A DNA stretch of 64,000 bases. Source: Eledone cirrhosa (lineage: Eukaryota). Within the stretch, counting starts at the first letter, position 1. The number at the start of each line of letters is the position of its first letter. Positions 12,819-24,924 of the stretch are shown piece after piece. The position numbers were made by a program, and so were the translations under genes. The stretch is from assembly GCA_964016885.1 (NCBI GenBank), contig OZ024740.1, forward strand, positions 143,158,001 to 143,222,000, in the 5' to 3' direction. The notes beneath the pieces are model-generated. The model saw only the letters and a list, made by a program, of their open reading frames with translations, had not been told where the DNA came from and searched no databases.

Positions 12819-15028
12819 TCATCATCATCATCATCGTTTAACATCCATCTTCCACGCTAGCATGGGTTAGACAGTTTTGTTCTGTTTGATGCGGGAATGG
12901 TCGGGAGACCATGTCTCGCTCACACGGAAGCGTCTCTGGCAGTTTTTTTTACAGCTGGATGCCCTTCCTAACACCAACCACATTTACTGTGTGGACTGGG
13001 AGATTTTTCACTGTGTCTCCTACACAACCACCGTACAGCGTGGACTGTTGTGTCATCGACACAGTGGACAGAATGGGAGAGGGAAGATGGGGTAGGGTGT
13101 ACGGTGGGGTGTACATTGAATTAAGAGGTGCCTACTGACTGTAGGTTTGTATGCAATGGTAGTCGGGTCTTCTGTACAACTGCATGGCACCAAAGGTCTC
13201 GATCCAGTGTCATTGTCTTAGGTGGGCAAGGTCAGTTTTTATCACCTCGTCCCAGGTTTTTCTTGGTCTACCCACTCCGCAGCTTCCATCAATTTTCATT
13301 GCTCTGCACTTTTTTATACAGCTGTCGTCCATCATATGCATCACATGTCCATACCAACACAATCTGCTCTCCAGAACACAACATTTGATACCTCTTATGC
13401 TTAGTCTCCCTCTTAGTTTGTTTATGCTTCGCCTTTCACGCACGTTACTATTACACATCCATCGGAGCATGCAAGCTTCATTGCTTTCTAATCTACGCAG
13501 GTCTTCAGCACACAGTGCCCAAGTCTCACTACCATGTAATATCATCGTTCAAATACATGCATCATACAATCTGCCTTTCATTTTCAGAGAAAAACCCCTT
13601 GTGGCCAACAGCGGTATTAGCTCTCTGAACTTTTTCCATCCCGTTCTAACTCTGGCTACTACACTTTCAGAGCACCCTCCTCCACTGCTGATTTTGTCAC
13701 CCAGGTAATGGAAGATGTCTACTATTTCTATAGAACCATCAAGGAGATATCGTCCAGTGGGTCCTTGCTACTTACTGCACCTGAGCATCGGCCACATATA
13801 AAATCTGCATTCTTAGATAGCTTACCTCTGATCCCACTACATATTTTATGTACACATGTTTTGCATTTGGGACATAGAATGAAATTTCTGCCTACTCCTT
13901 TCTTACACACTGAGCATGGCCATTTCCCAGAGGGTACCTGTGCCCTATTCTCCTTTCTGCATACTAGAACCTTAGTCTTAGACATGTTGACTCTAAGGCC
14001 TTTTGATTCAAGGCCATGCTTCCATGTTTGGAACTTCCTCTATAGTTCAGCCATAGATTCAGCTATGAGAGTTAGATCATCTGCATATAGAAGTTCCCAT
14101 GGGCAGCCAGTCTTAAACCCCTCTGTTATAGCCTGTAGGATAATTATAAACAGGAGGGGGCTAAGAACGGAGCCCTGGTGTACCCCTACCATTACGCTAA
14201 AGTCATCACTATATTCTTTGTTAATTCTAACCTTGCTGACTGTTCCTCTATACATGGCTTGTATAGCTCTCACAAGCCAGTTTTCTAAGAGCCCACCAGA
14301 TTAAGGTGCATGGGACTCTGTCAGGTCAGCAAAAGCTAAGTAGAGGGGTTTACTGTTAGCCAGGCACTTCTACTGTAGTTGCCGTACTAGGAAAAGAGCA
14401 TCTGTGGTACTTTTATCTGTCACAAACCCAAATTGCATTTCATCTAGATCAATTTGGTCTCTGATCAGTTGAGTAATAACTCTTTCTGTGACTTTCATGA
14501 CCTGGTCAACGAATTTAATGCCCCTATAGTTTTCTCTATCCAGGGTGTCTCCTTTTCCCTTGTAACAGTTGATGATGATACTGCTACGCCAATCATTTGG
14601 TATGACCCCATTCTGTATTACTTGGTTTACTATCCGGGTGACCATAGTATGTCCCACCATTCCAGATACCTTCAACATTTCAGCAACTATCCCCGAAGGC
14701 CCAGCTGCCTTGCCTGTCTTCATATTTTTGATTGCCTTACTTATTACACTACCATCAGCTTGCACAGCTGCTCCTTCTATTGGATCAATGTGGGGCAGAC
14801 AATCTTTATTCCATTCATTCTCCACATTCAGTAGTTTCTCTCTCGTAGTGACACTTCCAAGCTACCTTCTTATCCCTATCAGTGAGGGCAAGTACACCAT
14901 CGTCATTACGGACACACGTCTCCCTGAAATATCACAGTTCTCCTTGACACATTGCCTCGCAATCCTGAATATCTCACGTCTTTGGTCCTCCCGTTGTAGA
15001 ATATGCTTGAACTTACTATCCTCTGCTT
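12819..15028 (-). mobile_element. RTE-clade LINE, family A, 5'-truncated and decayed
   Basis: KAAGP, YRGI, QFGF, GVHQGSVLSPLLF, LLYADDL and GRPRKTW spread over several frames. (ATG)n tail and (TA)n flanks. Confidence 0.9.
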
Positions 15029-15063
15029 ATATATATATATAATGAATATGACGATCATGATTA

Positions 15064-15095
<32 letters not shown>

Positions 15096-15387
15096 AATGA
15101 AGAGGTCAGTTTATTTGAAACTTACAGCATTTCAGTGATTACTTTTTTATTGTTATACATATTTCAGAAGCCTTATTTAGTAGATTGGGAGAGTTTGATG
15201 TGTAGTAGCTGGCAATGTCCAACTATATGAAACTAGTCCTACTTTTTTTAGGTAAGTATATAAACCATTCTATGTCTCCTGTCCCGAACCACAGTTGTAA
15301 TTTAGTCCTGTTCCTTTTATATATATATATATATATATATACATATATAAATACATATATATATATATATATATAAAATATTTAAAA

Positions 15388-15580
15388 AATAATTGTTTCT
15401 ACTTTTTGGCACAAGGCCAGAAATTACCCAGTGCATTACTGGTACTTTATTTTATCGACCCCGTAAGGATGAAAGGCAAAGTTAACCTCGGCGGGATTTG
15501 AACTCAGAATGGAAAGGGCCGCAACTCTATCCTGCAAAGCATGGCGTCAGACCCTCTACCGATACTGCCAATTCACCGCC
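15388..15580 (-). mobile_element. SINE family A, full copy
   Basis: Close match to 10843-11034, with A and B boxes. Confidence 0.8.
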
Positions 15581-15826
15581 CTGAATAAAAAATAATGAAT
15601 AAACAAAGAAACAGTTCCTTATATTAAACAAAAAAAGTTCATTATTTTACGATCGTTTCTAGGACATATATGTGTTAGAATTGGTATGCATATTCAAAAG
15701 ATCTATGTACAAAATTATACAAACTATCAAAGAGAATATACATACCTTCACATATATATGCTGTCTTCTGAGTCCAGAATTAGCCGTCGAAACGGCTTGA
15801 GCTCAGCCGTCGGGGTCTTACTGGTT

Positions 15827-15875
<49 letters not shown>

Positions 15876-16750
15876 CAGTAGGAGGAAAAACAACCAAATT
15901 CTTGAAAAAGTATTTATTTGTTTACAATTGTTTCAAGAATTTGGTTGTTTTTTCTCCTAATGTAATTTTTACATTTACACTCTCCTTATATACTTATTGT
16001 ATGGCTTATATTTCTCTTGCTTGCTTTTGCTACACACTTGTCTTGCATCATATATGCATTGAACAGACTGCCCTCTTCCCTACTGGCTTATAATTCTCAC
16101 AAATTCTCTACTCTCTCCCTCTTGATTGGATTGTACACTTAAATTTTATATATATATATATATTCACATGTCATCACACAGAGAAAACAAAGCAGCTCTT
16201 ACAACCACTTATGACATTACAAGAATCCATAAAGAAACCCAATATAGTGACACATGGGTATTCATCAGTATTTACTTTAACATCCATAAGTCTTTAGCGT
16301 CAACAAAAGACTTGTCATGTCATGCAAATATTTTCTTGTATGTTTTTCATTTCAATAGATTTTGCTTCATTACTATTCTTTTATTCTTTTACTAGTTTCA
16401 ATCATTTAACTGTGAGCTCGCTGGTGCAGCAACTTAAAGTCAGTCGTATTGTCCCCACCACACCCCCACCACACCCTGGTTTGATTTCTACACCTGGATG
16501 TCCTTCTTAATGCTAAATATATACATATATATATATATATATATTCATTTAAGTTTGGTAGTTCACCACTGGACAGAACTGGTCATTCTGTATAGCCACC
16601 ATGATGTAATATTAGGAAAAGTACTCAACATATGCAACTCATCCATCTTTGACGTTGAATCTTGCTGGTGGTGCAAGAATGGAGTTAATTATTATTGAGT
16701 AAAATGACAGGAGGCCGGACTGGTGAAATTCCTTGAAAGATTTATTTTAG

Positions 16751-16813
16751 CAAACACTATGTACATTTCAGTGGCCAGGTTACGTAAGATCCTGGTGACA
16801 TCATCAGGTGTTT
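16751..16813 (-). ncRNA. Minimal type I hammerhead ribozyme motif (Penelope-type)
   Basis: aaacac-CUGAUGA-(ccagg/ccugg stem II)-GAAA-U-GUAC-A-UA-guguuu. Stem I pairs and the stem III loop is palindromic. Confidence 0.7.
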
Positions 16814-17276
16814 ATTGCATAATAGTTATATAATAAAGGAATAATGGTAAACACAATCCAAGAGACTATAAGGAGAGAAAGCAGATAAAAAAAACAGAGA
16901 AAAATGTTTTTGACTCAAAGGCGATGAAGAGGGTCAGTTGTTGCCAGTTTGGCTGACCACCTTCAAGTGAGAATTCTCATCAATTTTGTCTTACCTGTTT
17001 GGTCAGGAGGTTGTATGCTTAGTATGCTTGTTACTACCACATGGCAGGGTGGTAGTAACAAGCATACTAAGCATACAACCTCCTGACCAAACAGGTAAGA
17101 CAAAATTGATGAGAATTCTCACTCGAAGGTGGTCAGCCAAACTGGCAACAACTGACCCTCTTCATCGCCTTTGAGTCAAAAACATTTTTCTCTGTTTTTT
17201 TTTATCTGCTTTCTCTCCTTATAGTCTCTTGGATTGTGTTTACCATTATTCCTTTATTATATAACTATTATGCAAT

Positions 17277-17339
17277 AAACACCTGATGATGTCACCAGGA
17301 TCTTACGTAACCTGGCCACTGAAATGTACACAGTGTTTG
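17277..17339 (+). ncRNA. Mirror hammerhead copy with a mutated cleavage triplet (ACA instead of AUA)
   Basis: Same motif in the right arm, with C at 17331 replacing the conserved U. Confidence 0.55.
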
Positions 17340-18528
17340 CTAAAATAAATCATTTTCCTCATTAATATATATATAGGGCCCCGTCATTTAGTCTGAGAGA
17401 GAACTAAGCATAATAGTAATCAGATGTAATGTGCAGAGGAGGAGATTGCATTGGTATGGACATGTGATGCATATGAAGGATGACAGTTGAATAAAAAGAT
17501 ACAGAAAAGTCAAAGTTAATGGAAGCTATAGAGTAAGAAGACTTGGGATGAGGTGATAAAGCTGACCTTGCACAATTGGACCTCTCAAAGGCAATGACAC
17601 AGGACTGGGATCTCTGGTATTATGTAGTAATACAGGAGACCCGCCTTCCCATGAGTGCAGGCTGAAGCATACGTATAGTTTTCAGCTCCAACCCCTTTCC
17701 ATACACTTCCCATGAGCATAGGCTGAAGCATACATCTGGTATGCACCACCTCCACCTTAATCCCCACTTCCATACACCTCCCACTCCGCCCATATACCCA
17801 CCTCCCTAATCCCCACACACCCTTCCCACCAAAGCCTCCAGCCCACACATTAAAGTGATCGTGATGGTGACACGTCAAAAAGCGCCCAATGCACTTTGTA
17901 AGGTGGTTGTGTAGGTGTCAAAACAAAAAGCACCCAGTACACATCATTGTAAATGTGGTTGGTGTTAGGAAGGGCATCCAGCCATAGAAACCAAGACAAA
18001 ATCAGGTCTGTAAGCCCTGATTTACCTCAAATAGGACAACCCGTCTAACCCATGCTAGTGTGGAAAATTGACGTTAAATGGTGATGATGATGATATATCT
18101 ATACATACTAGCATATTACTCATAAAAAATGAAACAGGCTTTTAGTAATAAGTATTTAATCTAATAATTCTTTAATCAATTACTATAATATTCCTCCATA
18201 TCAAACATATATCCACTAAATTTTCATGACTTTGTTCTACCTATGTATCTTCAGATGGCTATTAGGATTTATGTTTTATGTTGTCATTGTTTTTTCTTGT
18301 CCAAAGATAGTTACATTATTAAATATACATAAAGAAATAACTATAGATTGACAATGAGACAAACAGAGAGGTTGGTAGGTAGGTTGGTAGATAGATAGTC
18401 AGTTGGGTATATAGGTGGATAGTTATAGATTGGTACTGTTTTACCACTGACCACCTTGTCAACATTGTATGAGAGAGAAAGAGGCAAGAAGAAAGTGTTC
18501 AAATAACCATTTCACAGACAAATCTAGC

Positions 18529-18637
<109 letters not shown>

Positions 18638-18712
18638 ATAATAATAAATGTGTTTCAAAAGATCCTGTTAAGGGTGAAAGTAGCGATTCTTTGCTTAAAC
18701 TTTAATCTGTTA

Positions 18713-18763
<51 letters not shown>

Positions 18764-18974
18764 GACAGGGCTTCTACAGTTTCTTTCTACCAAATTTCAT
18801 TCACACAAGTTATTCGTCAACCCAGTGTTAAAGTAGAAATCACTTGCTCATGATTCAGAAAAGCGGGATTGAAACAGAAACTGTATGATTGGGAAGTAAA
18901 CTCCTTAAGCCCACATCCATGCTTTTTCTCATTATTATTTTTGAAGATGTCTTTTTTTTAATTTTTATCACTCC

Positions 18975-19047
<73 letters not shown>

Positions 19048-20107
19048 CCTCCTTAACACATACACACATTTTAACTTATCCCATAAGACACATGCAACAT
19101 GCAAAACAAATGAAAATAACAAAAAAAAACTAAAGCAGGTTATGAAATCACCAACTTAAGCATTGTAATGTTGTGATAGATAATAGAACTTATCAGTGCA
19201 AGCCAGCTGTTCAAAGCTGTTCATACCACTACTGTATGGGAGCACAGTTCTCGTCCAGTGTCTTGAAAGACATCTTGTAAGCTGTCAGCTCAGAACATAA
19301 GAGAACCGCTGAATGAATAAGAGGGGATGACATTTTGAGCAAAAGACAAAGTCTCAAGTGACAAAGACATCGCTAAAGAAAGAGAGGTGCTGCTAAACCG
19401 GCTTGCTAACTCCTTAGTTTAATTATGTCGCAAAAACGATTTGCGCTTAAAAAATAATTTCCAATGTTTGAGACAATCCATTTAGTTGATACATGTATAA
19501 ATATTTTGAAAGCAAGTGGAATAACTTGTTTTGTTACCACAAATAATAACTTTCTGGAAATTCTTGTTTAGTCAAAAGTTTGTTTAGAAAAAAGTAATTA
19601 AATAAATTCAAGAAAAGGTGAACTAAAAAGTTAACAAAAGAGCTTGTATGGGGAAGAATTAGTTAACTTCAGGTGAGATGACAAAGGTATTGAAAGTTAT
19701 ATAAAATGAGGTGTGAATTCCACATCAACAACCATGCACACATACATACACACATACACAAACACACACCTATATATAGGTATATACAAATACACACACG
19801 CATATATGTATATATATATATATGTGTGTGTATGAATATATATGTATATATATATGTATTTTATATATATATATATATATATTCAAGTTAAGGAGGTATC
19901 GTTTAAGGCAATCCAAGTATAGGTTATGAGTACTCTGTATCAAGGATAGTGTTAACGTTCGGCGTTGTTTGATTCAACAAGAAGTTTATTTAGTTGTGAT
20001 GTTAAGGCAGCTGATTCCTAGGTAAGCGGTTCCTACAGTATTAATAATAAAGGAGTGAAGAATAACACGGATCGGCTGTACAATAGGGTTTATTCGAAGT
20101 ATTAACA

Positions 20108-20292
20108 AATGTTTATTAGTCCGGTGTGTCTAAAAACCACTATTCACAGTATGTTGTGGAACTCGATTATAATTACAATCGACACCCAAATCAGTATTTT
20201 GAAAATTTGGTCGGTGTCGATTGTAATTAAAATCGAGTGCTGCAACATACAGCAAATAGTTGTTTTTAGACACACCGGACTAATGAAACATT
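20108..20292. repeat. Imperfect palindrome (about 85-bp arms), foldback or MITE-like
   Basis: attagtccggtgtgtctaaaaac...aattacaatcgacacc is mirrored by ggtgtcgattgtaatt...gtttttagacacaccggactaat. Confidence 0.85.
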
Positions 20293-20435
20293 ATATATAT
20301 ATATATATATATACATATATATAGTGTGTAGATAAATCTACCAAAAGTTTACAGTAGTGTCCAATCCGTATGAAGAACTCAATGTAATCTGGATATCATG
20401 AAAAGAGAAGATGCATTCAAAAACTACTTTCGATG

Positions 20436-20511
<76 letters not shown>

Positions 20512-20525
20512 TTTTTTACACATAT

Positions 20526-20842
20526 GGAGGTACATGGCTTAGTGGTTAGAGCATTGGCCTTGCAATCGAAAGGTTGTGAGTTCAATTCTCAGCCCGGGTG
20601 TTGTGTTGTTTCCTTGAGCAAGACACTTTATTTCACATTGCTCCAGTTTACTCAGCTGTAGATTCCACTGTAAAGTGGTCGTGAAGGTGCCATGGCAAAA
20701 AAGCACCCAGCACTCACTGTAAATGAGGTTGGTGTTAGGAAGAGAATCCAGCTGTAGAAATCAAGCCAGAATCAGTTCCCGTCCCACCCTTGCAAGCAGG
20801 GAAAAACGGACGTAAAAATGATGATGATGATGATGAAGATGA
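20526..20842 (+). mobile_element. tRNA-derived SINE family B with RTE-derived body and tail
   Basis: A-box TGGCTTAGTGG, B-box GAGTTCAATTC, CORE-like ccttgagcaagacactt, and tail cccacccttgcaagcagggaaaaacggacgtaaaa(atg)n. Confidence 0.85.
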
Positions 20843-20927
20843 TATATATATATATATATTATATATATATATATATATACATTATATTATATATATATAT
20901 ACTTTATAATATATATATATATATATA

Positions 20928-23541
20928 CATCGTTATGCTAGCAGGGGACTTCAATGGTCATGTTGGACAGCTCCAGGATGGTTACACTGGGGTACACGGT
21001 TACGGCTCAAAAAATGAAGAAGGCGTGAGACTTCTTGAATTTTGTGATGCAAGTGCACTAACTATTTGCAACACAAACTTCCAGAAACCACCTAATAACC
21101 TACAAATCTGGCAAGCACATAAGCCAGATTGACTTCTTACTAGTTAGGCAGCGGGACAGGCAGATAGTGTATAATACCAAGGCATACCCTGGGGAAGAAT
21201 GTACCCCACAGCATAGATTAGTCGCTAGTGATATCTCAGTAAGCAAGAGATGGAATGAGGCATACAGGAAGGTGTGGAGAAGAAATGTCTGGAAGCTAAA
21301 AGACCTTTCACTAAAATACAAATTTAGGAAAGCCCTTCAAGATGTGTATGACGAAAAAAAGACGATTTAGAGACGTATGACATAGATAATAACTGGAATT
21401 TCTTACGTGACAACTTACTGCAGGCTACTGATAAAACTTGTGGCTGGAGCAGAGCTCCAACCAGACAGAGAGGGACCTGGTGGTGGAACAGCACAGTAGA
21501 TAAGGCCATTAGAGACAAAAGACTAGCATGGAAGGCTTGGAAAAAGGGTGGAAGTAGGGAAGAATATACAGCCGCTAAGAGAGAAGCTAGACGTCAGGTG
21601 TACTTAGCACGCAAGGAGGCTTGCCAATGTTCCGCGACGGGAAGATCAGAGGCGTGCGGTGTTCCACATTGCAAGGCAGTGTGTCAATGCAAATCAGGAT
21701 GTTGTTGGAGATAAATGTGTCCGGAATGATGCCGGTGTACTTAGTGTCACGAATGATCAGAAAAAGGAGGCCTTGAAATGTCATTATGAGAGACTGATGA
21801 ATGTGGAGAATGAATGGGAGAGAGAGAAATTACCCTCAGTGGATCCGACAGAGGGACCAGCTATTGAGATTGACGAATATAGGGTCCAAGAGGCGATTAA
21901 GGAAATGAAAAATGGTAAGGCTGCTGGACCATCGGGAATAGTTGCTGAGATGCTGAAGGCATCAGGGGATGTAGGCACTAAACTGGTTGCACGCATCATC
22001 AATCAGGCTATATATGGTGGTGTCATACCCAAAGACTGGTGCAGCAGTATTCTCATAAATTGCTACAAAGGTAAAGGGAATGCTCTGAAGAGGAGCAATT
22101 ATAGGGGTATAAAACTGATGGATCAGGTTATGAAAGTGGCAGAAAGGATATTAGCACAACTAATTAGAGAAAGGGTCAAACTAGATGAGATGCAGTTTGG
22201 TTTTGTGCCTGGGAAAAGTACAACAGATGCCCTCTTCTTGGTGAGACAATTGCAAGAGAGGTTCTTAGAGAAAAATAAGCCACTATACTTATCCTTTGTT
22301 GACCTAGAGAAGGCTTTTGATACGGTACCCCGATCTGTCATCTGGTGGTCCCTAAGGAAACTAGGTGTTGAGGAATGGCTTGTGAGAACAGTGCAAACTT
22401 TGTACAGAGGTACTGTCAGTAAAGTCAGGGTAGGAATGGAGTTTAGTGAGGAATTCCAGATACAAGTAGGAGTACATCAAGGTTCGGTCCTCAGCCCCCT
22501 CTTGTTCATTATAGTCCTCCAAGCCATAACAGGAGTTTAAGACTGGCTATCTATGGGAACTTCTCTATGCTGATGATCTGGTTCTTATAGCAGAATCAGT
22601 AGAGGAGCTAGAGAATAAATTCTGGCTATGGAAACAGCAGTTGGAATCAAGAGGACTGAGAGTGAACCTAGCTAAGACAAAAGTGTTGATGAGTAGAAAA
22701 GAGGACAAACTCTGATTCCGTCAGGGAAATGGCCATGTTCGATATGCAGAAAAGGAACTGGCATAAATTCTATAAAATGCACACAATGCAGATCCTGGGT
22801 ACACAAGAGATGTAGCAGGCAAACTAACAGGTAGGGAGAAATATGTATGCAGTAGATGTACAGGGAAATTAGACAGTATAAGTCGCATTGTTAGACACAT
22901 TTTTCAAATGCAGGCGGGTGCTATAGAAGTGGTGGATAGCTTCAGGTACCTAGGAGATCAGATTAGCATGGGAGGGGGGGGTGTTCCGAGGCCATAGTAT
23001 CTATAATAAGGACGGGTTGGAAGAAGTTTAGGGAGCTGCTTCCTTTGCTGACGAAGAAGGGTTTCTCCCTGCATACGAAAGGCCGGTTATATGATGCCTG
23101 TGTGAGGAGCGCGATGCTGCATGGTAGTGAGACATGGGCAGCAACTGCAGAGGATATGCGATGGCTGGAGAGAAATGAGGCAAGCATGCTCCGTTGGATG
23201 TGCAATGTCAATGTGCGTGAACGACCCAGCATGAATGTGTTGAGAGAGGGATAGAATGTAGTGTACGGGAGAGGAGACTGAGGTAGTATGGACATGTGAT
23301 GCACATGGAGGATGACCGATGGGTGAAGAAGTGCCAGGAAATGCCAGTTGAAGGAAGACGTGGTAGGGGTAGACCACGAAAAACATGGGCGGAGGTGGTG
23401 AGAACAGACCTCAGATCGCTGAAGCTCATAGTAGAGATGACGAAGGACTGTGACAAGTGGAGAGATGCTGTGCTGAATAAGACCCATCCCACCCTTGCAA
23501 GCAGGGAAGAGCGGACGTAAAATGATGATGATGATGATGAA
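20928..23541 (+). mobile_element. RTE-clade LINE, family B, 5'-truncated and frameshifted
   Basis: GDFNGH endonuclease motif, RT motifs FVDLEKAFD, QGSVLSPLLF and YADD, then GRPRKTW. (ATG)n tail and (TA)n flanks. Confidence 0.92.
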
Positions 23542-23611
23542 GATGATGATGATGATGATGATACATATATATATATATTATATGCATATATTATATATAT
23601 ATATATATATA

Positions 23612-23687
<76 letters not shown>

Positions 23688-23841
23688 ATTATATATATAT
23701 TAAAGTGTTAAACAATATTCAATGATTATGTCAAAGAATGAGTTTTACAGTAGATTGGAAGCACTCAACGTAAAAAAATAATTTTCTGGAGTTATTAATA
23801 TTAAAATATAAGTATTAATAAAATAGATGTTCTTTTGATCA

Positions 23842-23905
23842 ATTGCATTTTATTATACATATTTCGGATGTACAACAGTACGTCCTCATCAGACAAAATA
23901 TAATG
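23842..23905 (-). ncRNA. Minimal hammerhead ribozyme motif
   Basis: uuuugu-CUGAUGA-ggacguac/guacaucc-GAAA-U-AUGU-A-UA-auaaaa, with an extended stem I. Confidence 0.7.
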
Positions 23906-24327
23906 ATACATGACATACCCTGAGATGTTATATGGTTAAGATTTAATCAAGGTAGTGATTAACCCGAGAGAAAATTTTACTTATATCCTATTTATGAGAA
24001 AATGCGAAAACGTAATAAATTCATTAGAGAAAGTGTGAGTAATAAAGAACGTTGCATACTGTAACTGTTCTAAAAGTTTTAAAGTGTATGATACTACGAT
24101 ATATCTAGGAAAACATCTCATGAATCATAACAGCCAGTGATAGCCACTGGAAAAGGATTTATATATATAATATCTTACACCACCACACCCTAACAATCTA
24201 ACAATCCTTTTCCCTCATCCATATCCCTCCCCTTCTTGTTCCTCCCATGTCCTAACACTCCATCCATTTCTGAACACCCTGCCGCCCTCACACATGCATT
24301 AGCTCTACCCCCCACCAGTCTCTGGCT

Positions 24328-24920
24328 CACACTGTAAAGTGGTCATGTAGGTGACACAACAAAAGCACCCAGCCCACACTGTAAAGTGGTCTTGTAGGTG
24401 ACACAACAAAAGCACCCAGCCCACACTGTAAAGTGGTCATGTAGGTGACACAACAAAAGCTCCCAGCTCACACTGTAAAGTGGTCATGTAGGTGACACAA
24501 CAAAAGCACCCAGCCCACACTGTAAAGTGGTCATGTAGGTGACACAACAAAAATCACCCAGCCCACACTGTAAAGTGGTCATGTAGGTGACACAACAAAA
24601 GATCCCAGCCCACACTGTAAAATGGTAATGTAGGTGACACAACAAAAGTCACCCAGCCCACACTGTAAAGTGGTCATGTAGGTGACACAACAAAAGCTCC
24701 CAGCTCACACTGTAAAGTGGTCATGTAGGTGACACAACAAAAATCACCCAGCCCACACTGTAAAGTGGTCATGTAGGTGACACAACAAAAGCTCCCAGCC
24801 CACACTGTAAAGTGGTCATGTAGGTGACACAACAAAAATCACCCAGCCCACACTGTAAAGTGGTCATGTAGGTGACACAACAAAAGCTCCCAGCTCACAC
24901 TGTAAAGTGTTCATGTAGGG
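24328..24920 (+). repeat. Minisatellite, about 12.5 copies of a 47-48-bp unit derived from an RTE/SINE module
   Basis: Unit cacactgtaaagtggtcatgtaggtgacacaacaaaagcacccagcc, period measured as 47. Confidence 0.95.
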
Positions 24921-24924
24921 CAGC

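Larger units (their letters stand above)
16739..17351. repeat. Near-perfect 613-bp palindrome (arms 16739-17040 and 17049-17351, 8-nt spacer)
   Basis: The arms are reverse complements apart from two substitutions (16759/17331, 16965/17124) and one homopolymer indel. Confidence 0.95.

Noticed and set aside
19150-19430. Unique-looking island as an extra or alternative exon of the large gene
   Set aside because: The minus-strand ATG frames end in stops and I found no convincing phase-compatible acceptor/donor pair. It could still be regulatory or non-coding; RNA-seq is needed.
20526-20600. tRNA gene (also at 10950-11034, 29235-29306, 54580-54654)
   Set aside because: A and B boxes are present but the cloverleaf is poor and the sequence runs directly into SINE bodies.
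24328-24920. CRISPR-like regular array
   Set aside because: The units are contiguous with no unique spacers, there are no cas genes, the context is eukaryotic, and the unit derives from a retroelement.
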